A stretch of DNA of 64,000 nucleotides from Actinomycetota bacterium (lineage in GTDB: Bacteria; Actinomycetota; Thermoleophilia; RBG-16-64-13). Below the pieces are notes generated by a model. It searched no databases and had not been told where the DNA came from. It was given only the letters and a program-made list of their open reading frames with translations. Where the stretch lies: NCBI GenBank assembly GCA_016278725.1, contig JADQBG010000010.1, forward strand, positions 35,984 to 99,983, given 5' to 3'. The translations under genes were made by a program, and so were the position numbers. This document shows, piece by piece, positions 43,610 to 51,952 of this stretch; positions within the stretch are counted from its first letter, which is position 1; each line of letters begins with the position of its first letter.

Positions 43610-45231
43610 TCCTGCCGCTCTAGCTCTTCTCGAACGGTCTCGTACTCGAGTTGGTGCAGATCGATTCCCTCCGCCGCCGCTGCTGCGACCATGACTCCCG
43701 CCGCGCCCCCGAGGTTGGCCCTGACCGGTTCCATGCGTACCGCAGAGCAGATCGCGCTCTCGTCGGCAGAGATAGCCGTAGGAACCACCAGGTAGGGATG
43801 CTCCCGCGGCAACAGCGCGCCCATGGGCACGAAGACCTCCGCCGCCTCTGAATCCTGCAAGGAGCCCAGCGAAAGGTCGTGGCGGTCGTAGCGAGCATAG
43901 ACTCCGTGGGCCACGGGCTGGTCCACCACTTCGCCGTCGATGTCTGCTCCCGTGTAGAAGTCGAGCCCGCGGAAACGAACGCCATCGCGCACGTACGGCC
44001 TCGAGGGAATGTTGACCACACCGATCTCGGGGTATCCGTGCTCCTGAAGGTAGCGCATCTTGTCGAGCACGTAGCTCAACATCACTTCGCGTAGCTCCGG
44101 GCGCTTCTCCGGGAAGAGCACCCAGTCGAAGCTTGCCCGGGGGCCGGGATAGTCGGACCACATCTCGTTGAGTTCCCGCTTGCCGTGAGGCAGCACGTGA
44201 CGCAGGGTCCAGCTCGTGGCAAAGCCCTCACGATGGTGGTCGGCGAACTCGAAAGAGGGACCGTACGTCGATTTGCTGTACCAGTCGTGCTCGAAATTGG
44301 CCAGCGAAGGCGCCTCGTCCTCGTACACCTGAAGCGTTAGAAGAAAGCTGAAGCGCTGCGGTGCGGTGACAAACTCGTTCTCCGGAGAGGGCGGGGCCGG
44401 ATGAGGGCCGGTACGCTGGTTGTAGAGCTCGTCGCCCTTGCCCAGCATGTAAGACGCCCCGAGCAGCCGCCCCAAATCGCCCTCGGGCGATGCGTCGACG
44501 AAATACTCCGTATTGATACGCACCACGTTCCCGTCCGGCTCCTCCAGGACGGCGTAGCGCGGCCCCTGCCCGTCGGCGCCTTCGGCGGCCCGCAGTTCCC
44601 CGCTCAACCACTCCACGTCGGGATGCCCTTCGATAAACGATAGGAGAACTTCCCGCGCCACCTCGGGCTCGTAGCGGATCCGCCCGTCGAGCACGGGGTG
44701 CAAACCCTGGGCCTCGTAGGTGGCGATCACCTTCTTGCGGAACTCACCGTAAAAGCCGGACATGCCTTGCTTGCCATAGCGGTCCTCGACGGAGAGGCCT
44801 TGGGCCAGAGGGCTTTCCAGCAGGTGCTCGCCCGACACAATTGCCACCCGCAGATGCCGGCCAAGGCCTTCCTCGGCCAACTGGAGCGCCCGCACCGCGC
44901 CGATCCCTGCAGTGGTCGTGCCGTAAATCAAAACATCGACCTCGCGCACCCCCACCGATTCACGCGCGGGCGCGGGTGCGGGTGCGGATCCTTCTGGCGA
45001 CTCCGACCGCAGACCCTCGGCAAAAGCCCGGTCCCCGGTGGGGCGCGCCTGTGCTTCGGCCGGGGAGGCCGTTTCCGGCAGGGAGTTCTTCCCCCAGGGG
45101 AGCACCTCGCCCAGCGGTAAAGAAATGAGGGAAGAATCGAACAGCAACCAGACGGCACCCAAGAGGATTGATGCTCCAACCAAGAGCGCAGCAAGCCGCC
45201 TGTACAATCGAGTTCGCCGGGAAAGGACCAA
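43594..45231 (-). CDS. FAD-dependent oxidoreductase (FAD_oxidored family, pfam12831-like) with N-terminal signal anchor
   Basis: Dinucleotide-binding motif VDVLIYGTTTAGIGAV. Family-typical length ~540 aa. Confidence 0.6.
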   Translation of the reverse strand: MVLSRRTRLYRRLAALLVGASILLGAVWLLFDSSLISLPLGEVLPWGKNSLPETASPAEAQARPTGDRAFAEGLRSESPEGSAPAPAPARESVGVREVDVLIYGTTTAGIGAVRALQLAEEGLGRHLRVAIVSGEHLLESPLAQGLSVEDRYGKQGMSGFYGEFRKKVIATYEAQGLHPVLDGRIRYEPEVAREVLLSFIEGHPDVEWLSGELRAAEGADGQGPRYAVLEEPDGNVVRINTEYFVDASPEGDLGRLLGASYMLGKGDELYNQRTGPHPAPPSPENEFVTAPQRFSFLLTLQVYEDEAPSLANFEHDWYSKSTYGPSFEFADHHREGFATSWTLRHVLPHGKRELNEMWSDYPGPRASFDWVLFPEKRPELREVMLSYVLDKMRYLQEHGYPEIGVVNIPSRPYVRDGVRFRGLDFYTGADIDGEVVDQPVAHGVYARYDRHDLSLGSLQDSEAAEVFVPMGALLPREHPYLVVPTAISADESAICSAVRMEPVRANLGGAAGVMVAAAAAEGIDLHQLEYETVREELERQDYELN

Positions 45232-45392
45232 GCCGACTACTCCCCCATGGATTGGAACACGGCCCAGAGAATACCGGTTCGAGCCGGGTTATGCAGCGTT
45301 CTGGACGAACCCCCGTCAGCCGGCGACTTCCGTAACGCTATCGTTACTCACGCGTTCGGCGGGCGTAACCGACTGGCGCCACACTCGCTCTT

Positions 45393-45470
45393 GGAGCGTT
45401 CGATAGCGGCCCCCTCCGCGTACGGCGGGATCTTCCTTCTCCGCAGGCCGTGGCTCGAACGCTCCGCTTT
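45393..45470 (+). repeat. Long hairpin: 11-bp perfect inverted repeat GGAGCGTTCGA ... TCGAACGCTCC separated by 51 nt, followed by GCUUUUCG
   Basis: Arms at 45393-45403 and 45455-45465. The interior contains CCGCGTACGGCGG. Located in the divergent region between the FAD oxidoreductase gene and the GerMN lipoprotein gene. Confidence 0.5.
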
Positions 45471-45583
45471 TCGTGAGTGCGGCGGAAGAAAGCGAGGGAG
45501 CGATGTACACGGCCGGTCGCAGGGGCTGGGAAGAGTACGTCAAGATAGAGGCCGAACTGGAAGAAAGGCTGTCCGATCCTCCC

Positions 45584-46576
45584 ATGCGCTCAACGCGTCA
45601 GGCTGCGGGCCGGGCCAGAATCATCCGGCGTCGCTGGGGAGCTTTGCTTTTCGTCCTCGGCTTGGCCGTTTCGATGGGCTTCCTGCTTGCCCTTACCGGA
45701 TGCGGTTACGGCGACGACGTCCAGGAGGCGGGCCCGGTGACCAGCGCCGAGAACACCGAGGGTTCCGGCGAGACTCAGACCACTCAGAGCACCGAGGCTC
45801 CCGGGCAGAACACCACAACCACCGGGGGCGATCCCAATAAGCCCGAGAGTCTCACGCTATCCGTCTACTTCCCGGTCACCGGTGAGCACATAGCCGCCGC
45901 GCACCGGACGGTGCCTTACACGATAGAGACCGCCGAAGCCGCCGTGGGCGAACTGCTTGGAGGGCCCACCGAATTCGAGAGGGAGACGGCGAAGATGGCG
46001 ACCGCCATCCCCAAGGGCACCACTCTCCTGGGAATCAACATCTCCAACGGCACCGCCACGGTCGACCTCTCCAAGGAGTTCGCCTCGGGTGGGGGAACGA
46101 CCTCGATGACCCTGCGCCTCGCCCAGGTAGTCTTCACCCTCACTCAATTCCCCAGTATCGAAAACGTGCAGTTCATGCTCGACGGTGAAGCGGTCACCGT
46201 GTTCGGGGGGGAAGGCATACTTCTCGAGGAACCCGTCGGGCGGGATTACTTCGAGGACGTGACGCCGGCCATCTTGGTGGAAGACCCGGCGGTGGGAGAT
46301 GTGGTTAGCAGCCCCGTGCGCGTCAGCGGCAGCGCCAACGTCTTCGAAGCCACCTTCCAGATGACGCTGACCGATGGCGACGGCCTCATTCTCGCGGAGC
46401 GTACGGTCACGGCGACGAGCGGCACCGGAACCCGGGGCACCTTCGACGTCACTCTCGATTACGAGAACGCGAAGCCCGGTCTGGGTAGCCTCATCGTGTA
46501 CACCTACAGCGCCAAGGACGGTTCCCAGGAGAACCTGCAGGAGATTCCGCTGAGGTTCGAGCCGCCGGCATCGTGA
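45584..46576 (+). CDS. GerMN + Gmad2 (Ig-like) domain lipoprotein
   Basis: Lipobox LALTGC. GerMN domain (LTLSVYFPVTGEHIAAAHRTVPYTIETAEAAVGELLGGP ... TTLLGINISNGTATVDLSKEF) and a C-terminal Gmad2-like beta domain. Start chosen at MRSTRQ (45584); an upstream ATG at 45473 is possible. Confidence 0.65.
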   Translation: MRSTRQAAGRARIIRRRWGALLFVLGLAVSMGFLLALTGCGYGDDVQEAGPVTSAENTEGSGETQTTQSTEAPGQNTTTTGGDPNKPESLTLSVYFPVTGEHIAAAHRTVPYTIETAEAAVGELLGGPTEFERETAKMATAIPKGTTLLGINISNGTATVDLSKEFASGGGTTSMTLRLAQVVFTLTQFPSIENVQFMLDGEAVTVFGGEGILLEEPVGRDYFEDVTPAILVEDPAVGDVVSSPVRVSGSANVFEATFQMTLTDGDGLILAERTVTATSGTGTRGTFDVTLDYENAKPGLGSLIVYTYSAKDGSQENLQEIPLRFEPPAS

Positions 46577-46648
46577 TGCAAACGCGCCGCGCCCCTAGGC
46601 GCGGTCGTTTGCCCGGGTAGGGGGACTGACCTGTACCAGGTCCTTCTC

Positions 46649-46849
46649 ATGGCCGCCACGGCCCTATTGTGGATCTTGATCTCGCTCGGTGTGCTGGCGC
46701 TGCTCTTCCGGGCTTCTTGGGGCGTCCCGCTACTCCTCGGTATCGTCGGCTGGATCGTGATCAGCACCGTGGTCAGCTACTATCTGGCCCGGCTTGCGGT
46801 CCAGAGGGGTGGGAAGGGGCGCGACGAAGATCCCCGCGACAAGTTCTGA
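46649..46849 (+). CDS. Small 2-TM membrane protein (66 aa)
   Basis: MAATALLWILISLGVLALLFRASWGVPLLLGIVGWIVISTVVSYYLARL, two clear TM helices and a charged tail. Confidence 0.45.
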   Translation: MAATALLWILISLGVLALLFRASWGVPLLLGIVGWIVISTVVSYYLARLAVQRGGKGRDEDPRDKF

Positions 46850-47026
46850 GCGTTGCCCAATCGTAACGGTTTTGACGGTCGCGCCACTCTAAACCGGTTG
46901 ACCGGTCAACGCGGCAGGAGTAAAATACCCGCAGTTACGATACCCGGCGGTAACGTAACTAAGGTTAGGCGAGGGGGTTTCTCGCTACCCGCGAAAGCAC
47001 CTCCTCCCAGACCTCCCTCCCTACGA

Positions 47027-47102
47027 CTGGCCGCCCTCCTGACCCTCGGGGCGGCCAGCCATGCGCCGGGGCCCGTTTGGATGACCCTCCCGAACGGGCC
47101 CC
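47027..47102. terminator. Two adjacent GC-rich hairpins downstream of the LuxR/STAND regulator gene (terminator candidates without U-tracts)
   Basis: CTGGCCGCCC-N12-GGGCGGCCAG (47027-47058) and GGGGCCCGTT-N15-AACGGGCCCC (47068-47102), both perfect 10-bp stems. Confidence 0.35.
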
Positions 47103-47204
47103 AACCCTGTCCTCCCTGATGGGCGCAATCATCCCGGCGTATTGGACGCACGTCACCCCGTCAGCGGACGCAGATCGCTCCGCTTTGGGGCGCAGATCGC
47201 CCCG

Positions 47205-50081
47205 CTATACCGGCTTCCGCCCTCTCCGCCCTCCGGCTCGGTCGAACCGCTGCAAAGCCAGCACCGCCTGGAGACGGTTCCCCACCTCTAGCTTGCGATA
47301 GATCTTGTTGGCGTGGGTCTTGATGGTCTTCTCTGTGATGAAGAGCTTCGCGCCGATGACCTTGTTGGGCAGGCCGGAAGCGATCTGCCGAAGGATCTCC
47401 ATCTCCCTGGCGGTCAATGTCTCGAACCTGGCGAGCAGGGCACGATCCTCGAGCGAACTCATGGCCGTGGCTCCGGGCGCCAGGGCCCGTCGGCTCTGCG
47501 CGGGAGGGCCAAGTGCCACGTCCGTCGGATAGATCGCGCCCTCGGCCATCTCCTCGTAGTAGGCGAGATAACGCGAGGGCATGGCGAAGACAACCGCGTC
47601 CAGCAATTCGCCGCCGAGCCCCCGACGAGAACAAAGAGCGAGAATCGGAGTCGCCAGCGCGGATTCCTGGTACAGGAAGTCGAGGTAGCGGTTCTGCCGC
47701 ATCAGTTCCAGCGCCTGTCTCAGCCGATTGGCCGACCCCGCCTCGTCGCCGCGGCAGGCTTCGAGCCAACCTAGATAGAACACGGCTTGCGCCAAGGGTG
47801 CGTTCAGATTGGACTGCCGCGCCTGGCGTACCACCTCGCTCAGAAGCGTCTCCGCTTCGCGGTTTTCCTGCAGGGCAACCAGGTCGATGCCCACGGCCAC
47901 CAGGGCACGGACGCGCTCGACGATCGACAACTGATTATCCTCTATCAACTCGAGCGCAGCTCGGTGCAGTTCGAGCGCACGCTGTGGGTTGCGGTTGCGC
48001 CGGTAGATCGCTCCCTGCATGTCCATCGCCCAGACCACGGCTTCCATGTCACCGGATTGGTCACTCAACTCGCGCGCCCGCTTGATATGACCCAAAGCAG
48101 CGCGGTACTCCTTCTTGCCCATCGACACGCCGGCCAGGGTGAGAAGCACCGGCGCCTCGAGGAATGCGTAGCCTCGGGAGCGCACCAAGGCGAGGGCCGA
48201 CTCCGCATGCATCTGCGATTCGTCGTAGCGGCCCATCATGTACTCGAGCGTGCCCGCGGTGTTCAGAGCGGTTACGTAGGCGGGGCGGGAGGAGCGGGCG
48301 GCACGGGCAATGACCCTCTCGGTCCACTCCAGGGCCTTGGGAAGCTCCCCCCGCAGGAAGAAGAGGCGTGCCCTGAAGTTGAAGACGCGAAGTTCGTAGT
48401 CCGGTCTGGCTTCGGGCGGAGCCGTGCTCACCGCCAGTTCGAAGCTCTCCACAGCCTCGTCCCAGCGGCACTGCCCCACCATGACGTTCCCCCTGCTCGC
48501 GTAGAGTTCCGCGCGTTCGGCGGGATCAGTGACCACGCTGTCCGCTTCGTCCAACGCTTGGAGACTGTCGTCCCACCTGCCGGAGATGTATAGGCAAAAA
48601 GCCCTTCGCAGCAGGGCCGCCAGCAGGCCCTCGCGGTCCTGATTCCTCTGAAACAACTTTGCCGCGCGCTGGTACACCTTCTCGGCTTCGGTGAACTTCC
48701 CCTGCTCCTGCAGGGTCTTGGCCCGCAACATGAGAAGCCACGGCTCGTCGTTGATCGACCCCTCGGGCAACGGCTGCAGCCACTCGGCCGGCGAGTCATG
48801 CAAGGATGCGTTGAGGTCCCGCTTCGAAAGCGCACGCAGGGGATTGATGGCGCCGGCGACGTCTCCCGCCTTCAGGTACAGGGCCACTGCCGCATGCAGG
48901 CTTCCCACGCTCTCCAGGTGCACCGCCGCGCGAAGACGCTCCGAACGCATCTCGTCAGGCCCCATCGTCTCCTCCCGCATCTTTTCGGCAAAGGTGCGAA
49001 GAAGAGGATGAAGGACATAGGTCCGCTGTCCGGTCCTGGTCAACATGAACCCCGATTCCACGAGGCTGCTCAAGATTGCCTCGGCATCCGAAGCCCTCCC
49101 GGGGAAATAGGACGAGTCCTGAGGGAAGGAAACGTCGGGCAGAAACGCGGCGCTCAGGATGGCCTCGGTAGATGCCGCGTCGAGGGCGTCGAACACATTG
49201 CCCGTCAGGTAATCATTCAGACGCTCGCCTCGCCGCAGGAGGGCGGTGAACTCTTCTCTTAGCCTTTCGCGTCTCCCCCGGCTGCCCCGCAACCGGATAC
49301 CCAGGAGGGTCAAGGCGAGAGGCCAGCCTTCGGTCACCTTCCAAAGCGCCCGCGCCTCCGGCAGACCGAGCTGAACGTCCCACTTCAGGCGGGACCACTC
49401 GACCAGTTCGCCCGGTGTCAGACGGAGTTGGCGCGGTCCGATATCGACCACCCTGCCGTAGTTGCGGAGCGGTTCCAGATCGATGGGAACGGGTCCCCGG
49501 GAGGTGAGCAGGATGGTCCACGCAGACGGAACGCCCTGCAGCAGATACTCCAAGGCCGAGAGGATGGCCGGATTCTGTTCCACCTCGGTGACGTCGTCGA
49601 CGGCGAGATAGGTCGGCTCCGAGCAGCAGGCGTTGGCCTCCTCGAGGAATGCCGTGAGAACCGCCAGGATTTCTCGTTCGGCGTCCCGGCACTCCGCGAG
49701 TCTTTCCCTGAGCGGCGGCCCCAATCCGGCATGCGCCTGGCTTACGGCCGCAGCAAGCGAGCGGAGGAAGCCGGTTGCCCTGCGGTCACCCTGCTCTAGC
49801 TGAAGATAGGCCGCCGGTACCTCCGCACCGCGGAGGATGTCGACCACCAGAGCCGTCTTCCCGTAGCCGGGGCCGGCCACGATGTTGACCACACCCCCCT
49901 CCCGGACGGGCGGGAGCATGGTCAGCAGCCGGCGGCGGGCGATCAGCTGACCATGGTAGGGCATGGCTAGATGGAAAGGAGAGGTCATCTCCCCTGCGCC
50001 TACGAGCTCGCTGGTTCCTGCATGTGGTTCACTCCCCACGGCGGCTCGATCCGATCTAGCGGGATTGCTTAGCCTAGACAT
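47205..50081 (-). CDS. Large LuxR-family regulator of the STAND/MalT (LAL) type: N-terminal NTPase, TPR-like middle, C-terminal LuxR HTH
   Basis: Walker A GPGYGKTAL. ~600 aa helical/TPR-like region. C-terminal LuxR HTH (LTAREMEILRQIASGLPNKVIGAKLFITEKTIKTHANKIYRKLEV). Confidence 0.85.
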   Translation of the reverse strand: MSRLSNPARSDRAAVGSEPHAGTSELVGAGEMTSPFHLAMPYHGQLIARRRLLTMLPPVREGGVVNIVAGPGYGKTALVVDILRGAEVPAAYLQLEQGDRRATGFLRSLAAAVSQAHAGLGPPLRERLAECRDAEREILAVLTAFLEEANACCSEPTYLAVDDVTEVEQNPAILSALEYLLQGVPSAWTILLTSRGPVPIDLEPLRNYGRVVDIGPRQLRLTPGELVEWSRLKWDVQLGLPEARALWKVTEGWPLALTLLGIRLRGSRGRRERLREEFTALLRRGERLNDYLTGNVFDALDAASTEAILSAAFLPDVSFPQDSSYFPGRASDAEAILSSLVESGFMLTRTGQRTYVLHPLLRTFAEKMREETMGPDEMRSERLRAAVHLESVGSLHAAVALYLKAGDVAGAINPLRALSKRDLNASLHDSPAEWLQPLPEGSINDEPWLLMLRAKTLQEQGKFTEAEKVYQRAAKLFQRNQDREGLLAALLRRAFCLYISGRWDDSLQALDEADSVVTDPAERAELYASRGNVMVGQCRWDEAVESFELAVSTAPPEARPDYELRVFNFRARLFFLRGELPKALEWTERVIARAARSSRPAYVTALNTAGTLEYMMGRYDESQMHAESALALVRSRGYAFLEAPVLLTLAGVSMGKKEYRAALGHIKRARELSDQSGDMEAVVWAMDMQGAIYRRNRNPQRALELHRAALELIEDNQLSIVERVRALVAVGIDLVALQENREAETLLSEVVRQARQSNLNAPLAQAVFYLGWLEACRGDEAGSANRLRQALELMRQNRYLDFLYQESALATPILALCSRRGLGGELLDAVVFAMPSRYLAYYEEMAEGAIYPTDVALGPPAQSRRALAPGATAMSSLEDRALLARFETLTAREMEILRQIASGLPNKVIGAKLFITEKTIKTHANKIYRKLEVGNRLQAVLALQRFDRAGGRRGRKPV

Positions 50082-50144
50082 ATCCGCACCCTTTTTCTAG
50101 TCCGAGTCCGGCCGGGCGCGGGAGCGCCCGGCCGTCGTGCACAC

Positions 50145-50432
50145 CTAGAGAAACTGAAGCCGCCGGGCGACCACCGATACGCTTCGGCGCTCCTCTCCCT
50201 CCTTCTCGTACGTGTCCTGCCGGAGCGAGCCCTCCACCCCAATGCGCCGGCCCTTCACCAGATTGTCTGCGGCCGCCTCCGCCTGGGAGTTCCAGGCCTT
50301 GATCCTGAAGAAGTCCGCCTCTTCCGCCGAGCGGTCCACGGCGAGGATGAAGCTGCAGACCTTGGATCCGCCGGCCACCTCCTTGAGGTCGATTTCGGTC
50401 GCCAGCCGCCCTACCAATTGCACCGAGTTCAT
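50145..50432 (-). CDS. Truncated SSB-like OB-fold protein (95 aa, no Gly-rich/acidic C-terminal tail)
   Basis: MNSVQLVGRLATEIDLKEV ... FFRIKAWNSQAE ... GRRIGVEGSLRQDTYEKEGEERRSVSVVARRLQFL aligns with the SSB OB core (cf. MNKVILIGNL ... FFNVVVW ... GSRVLVEGRL ... VVADNVQFL). Confidence 0.65.
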   Translation of the reverse strand: MNSVQLVGRLATEIDLKEVAGGSKVCSFILAVDRSAEEADFFRIKAWNSQAEAAADNLVKGRRIGVEGSLRQDTYEKEGEERRSVSVVARRLQFL

Positions 50433-50583
50433 CTGCGATCCTTTCTCAATTCGCGTTGCCTCCCCGGGGATAGTCAGGTTATGCGGAAGGGTCCGCCGGC
50501 GGTATAGGACCTAGGTTGGAACCCTCCGGCCGGGGGAATCTTCCATCATCGGGAAACTGAGAGAGGAGTTCGCGGTCCGACCC

Positions 50584-50982
50584 TTGCGCAAGATGTTCGA
50601 TGCGCTCAAGCCCAGAGCCTCGGAGCTTCGCCTCGAGGTGGACGAATTCCACGGGGTTCCGCTCCTGCGCGTTGATGGAGAGATCGACCATCACAGCGCT
50701 CGGGAACTGAGAACATCGGCTGAAGCCATTCTGAGCCGGGGCGACAAGCGGCTTCTGCTCGACCTCAACCGAGTTGCCTACATGGACAGCGGGGGGATGT
50801 CGCTGCTTTTCGACATGGTGCGAACCGTGGCCCCTTCCGGCTGGATCGGGGTGATCATGCCCAGCGAGAACGTCCACCGACTGCTCGAGATCACCGGTCT
50901 CGTCGGCCGGCCTGCCTTCAGGGTGTTCGCCACACCGACGGAGGCGGAGGCCGCGATTCGCAAGGACAATCGTCCCTCCTGA
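50584..50982 (+). CDS. STAS-domain protein (anti-sigma-factor antagonist, SpoIIAA-like)
   Basis: LLRVDGEIDHHSARELRTSAEAILSRGDKRLLLDLNRVAYMDSGGMSLLFDMVR, a typical STAS fold with a conserved Ser in the DSGG motif. Confidence 0.7.
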   Translation: MRKMFDALKPRASELRLEVDEFHGVPLLRVDGEIDHHSARELRTSAEAILSRGDKRLLLDLNRVAYMDSGGMSLLFDMVRTVAPSGWIGVIMPSENVHRLLEITGLVGRPAFRVFATPTEAEAAIRKDNRPS

Positions 50983-51076
50983 GGCTCCCTCCTGCGACTC
51001 TTTTCCTAAACTCCGGGTTGTCGGCTACCGATACGCTCTATGCAAAACCAGCGAGCGTGGAGAGTCGGAAGCCGAG

Positions 51077-51391
51077 ATGCCGGAAAACCGAGTGGAGCCA
51101 GGGATTTGGACGCACGAGTGCCGCAAATGCCGGTCCGAGCTCATTCAGCCCACCGACTGGCACCGCCACGACGAGCTGTGGAACGTGCGGATCGAGTGCC
51201 CGGAGTGCGGAGCCGTATACGAAGCTCTGCTCGATCAGAATCAGGTGACCGACCTGTCTTATGAGATGGAGGCCGGCTTTCACGCCTTGCTCGAGCAACT
51301 CGACGAGATCGACCGGGCGCTGTTCGAGGACGAGTGCGGACTGTTCTTCGACGCTCTGAAGGCCAACAGCATCTTTCCGATGGACTTCTAG
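51077..51391 (+). CDS. Hypothetical Zn-ribbon protein (CxxC...CxxC)
   Basis: HECRKCRSEL ... IECPECGAVY four-Cys arrangement. Acidic C-terminal half. Confidence 0.45.
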   Translation: MPENRVEPGIWTHECRKCRSELIQPTDWHRHDELWNVRIECPECGAVYEALLDQNQVTDLSYEMEAGFHALLEQLDEIDRALFEDECGLFFDALKANSIFPMDF

Positions 51392-51534
51392 CCGCGGTCT
51401 GACGGGCGCTCCCCGGCTCAAACCACTCCTCGTACTCCGCGCCCCGCCGAACGGTCTTCGGATACCCCCGATGGTATACTGCCGTCCGATCCCATTCGCT
51501 GATCGTAGATAATCGCAAGGAGAGGGGCAGGACA

Positions 51535-51939
51535 GTGGAAATGGATGTCTACTTCCCGGGCGGCAAGAAGGTCTTTGCCGATTTCAAGGGTTTTACCGTT
51601 GAGACGGATCAGCCGGTACCGGCAGGAGGCGACAACTCGGCCCCAGCACCGTTCGATCTCTTCCTGGCCTCGATCGCCACCTGCGCCGGGATTTTCGTGC
51701 TGAGCTTCATGCAGGAGCGGAACATCCCCACCGACGACGCAAAGATCAGCATGCGCTGGGAATACAATCGGCAGAAGCACCTGATCGACAAGATGATCCT
51801 CGACCTGCAGCTTCCGGCGGAGTTCCCCGAGCAGTACAAGGCTGCGGTAGTGCGGGCGGCCGAGCTCTGTACGGTGAAGCGCCATCTGCACGAACCGCCA
51901 GAATTCGAGATCAACACCATCATCGGGACGAACGCCTAG
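51535..51939 (+). CDS. OsmC/Ohr-family protein
   Basis: 134 aa. SAPAPFDLFLASIATCAGIFV ... CTVKRHL, the two conserved Cys of the OsmC fold. Confidence 0.7.
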   Translation: MEMDVYFPGGKKVFADFKGFTVETDQPVPAGGDNSAPAPFDLFLASIATCAGIFVLSFMQERNIPTDDAKISMRWEYNRQKHLIDKMILDLQLPAEFPEQYKAAVVRAAELCTVKRHLHEPPEFEINTIIGTNA

Positions 51940-51952
51940 TGGCCCGGGCCGC

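Noticed and set aside
45247-45840. 197-aa ORF spanning the divergent intergenic region and the 5' part of the GerMN gene
   Set aside because: Arg/Gly-rich translation with no motifs, in the wrong frame relative to the GerMN lipoprotein, which has a clear lipobox and domains.
46853-47119. 88-aa ORF within the palindrome-rich region
   Set aside because: Pro/Gly-rich, no start context, and it overlaps strong hairpins. More likely non-coding.
47163-47208. Direct repeat cgcagatcgcYccgct x2 at the 3' end of the LuxR regulator gene
   Set aside because: It lies mostly inside the coding sequence (Arg/Gly-rich C-terminal tail) and is a short 16-nt duplication. It more likely reflects coding low-complexity than a regulatory site.
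47205-50081. STAND NTPase as an Avs-like antiphage defence protein
   Set aside because: The C-terminus is a canonical LuxR-type DNA-binding HTH with no nuclease, protease, TIR or Sir2 effector; the architecture matches MalT/LAL transcription activators.
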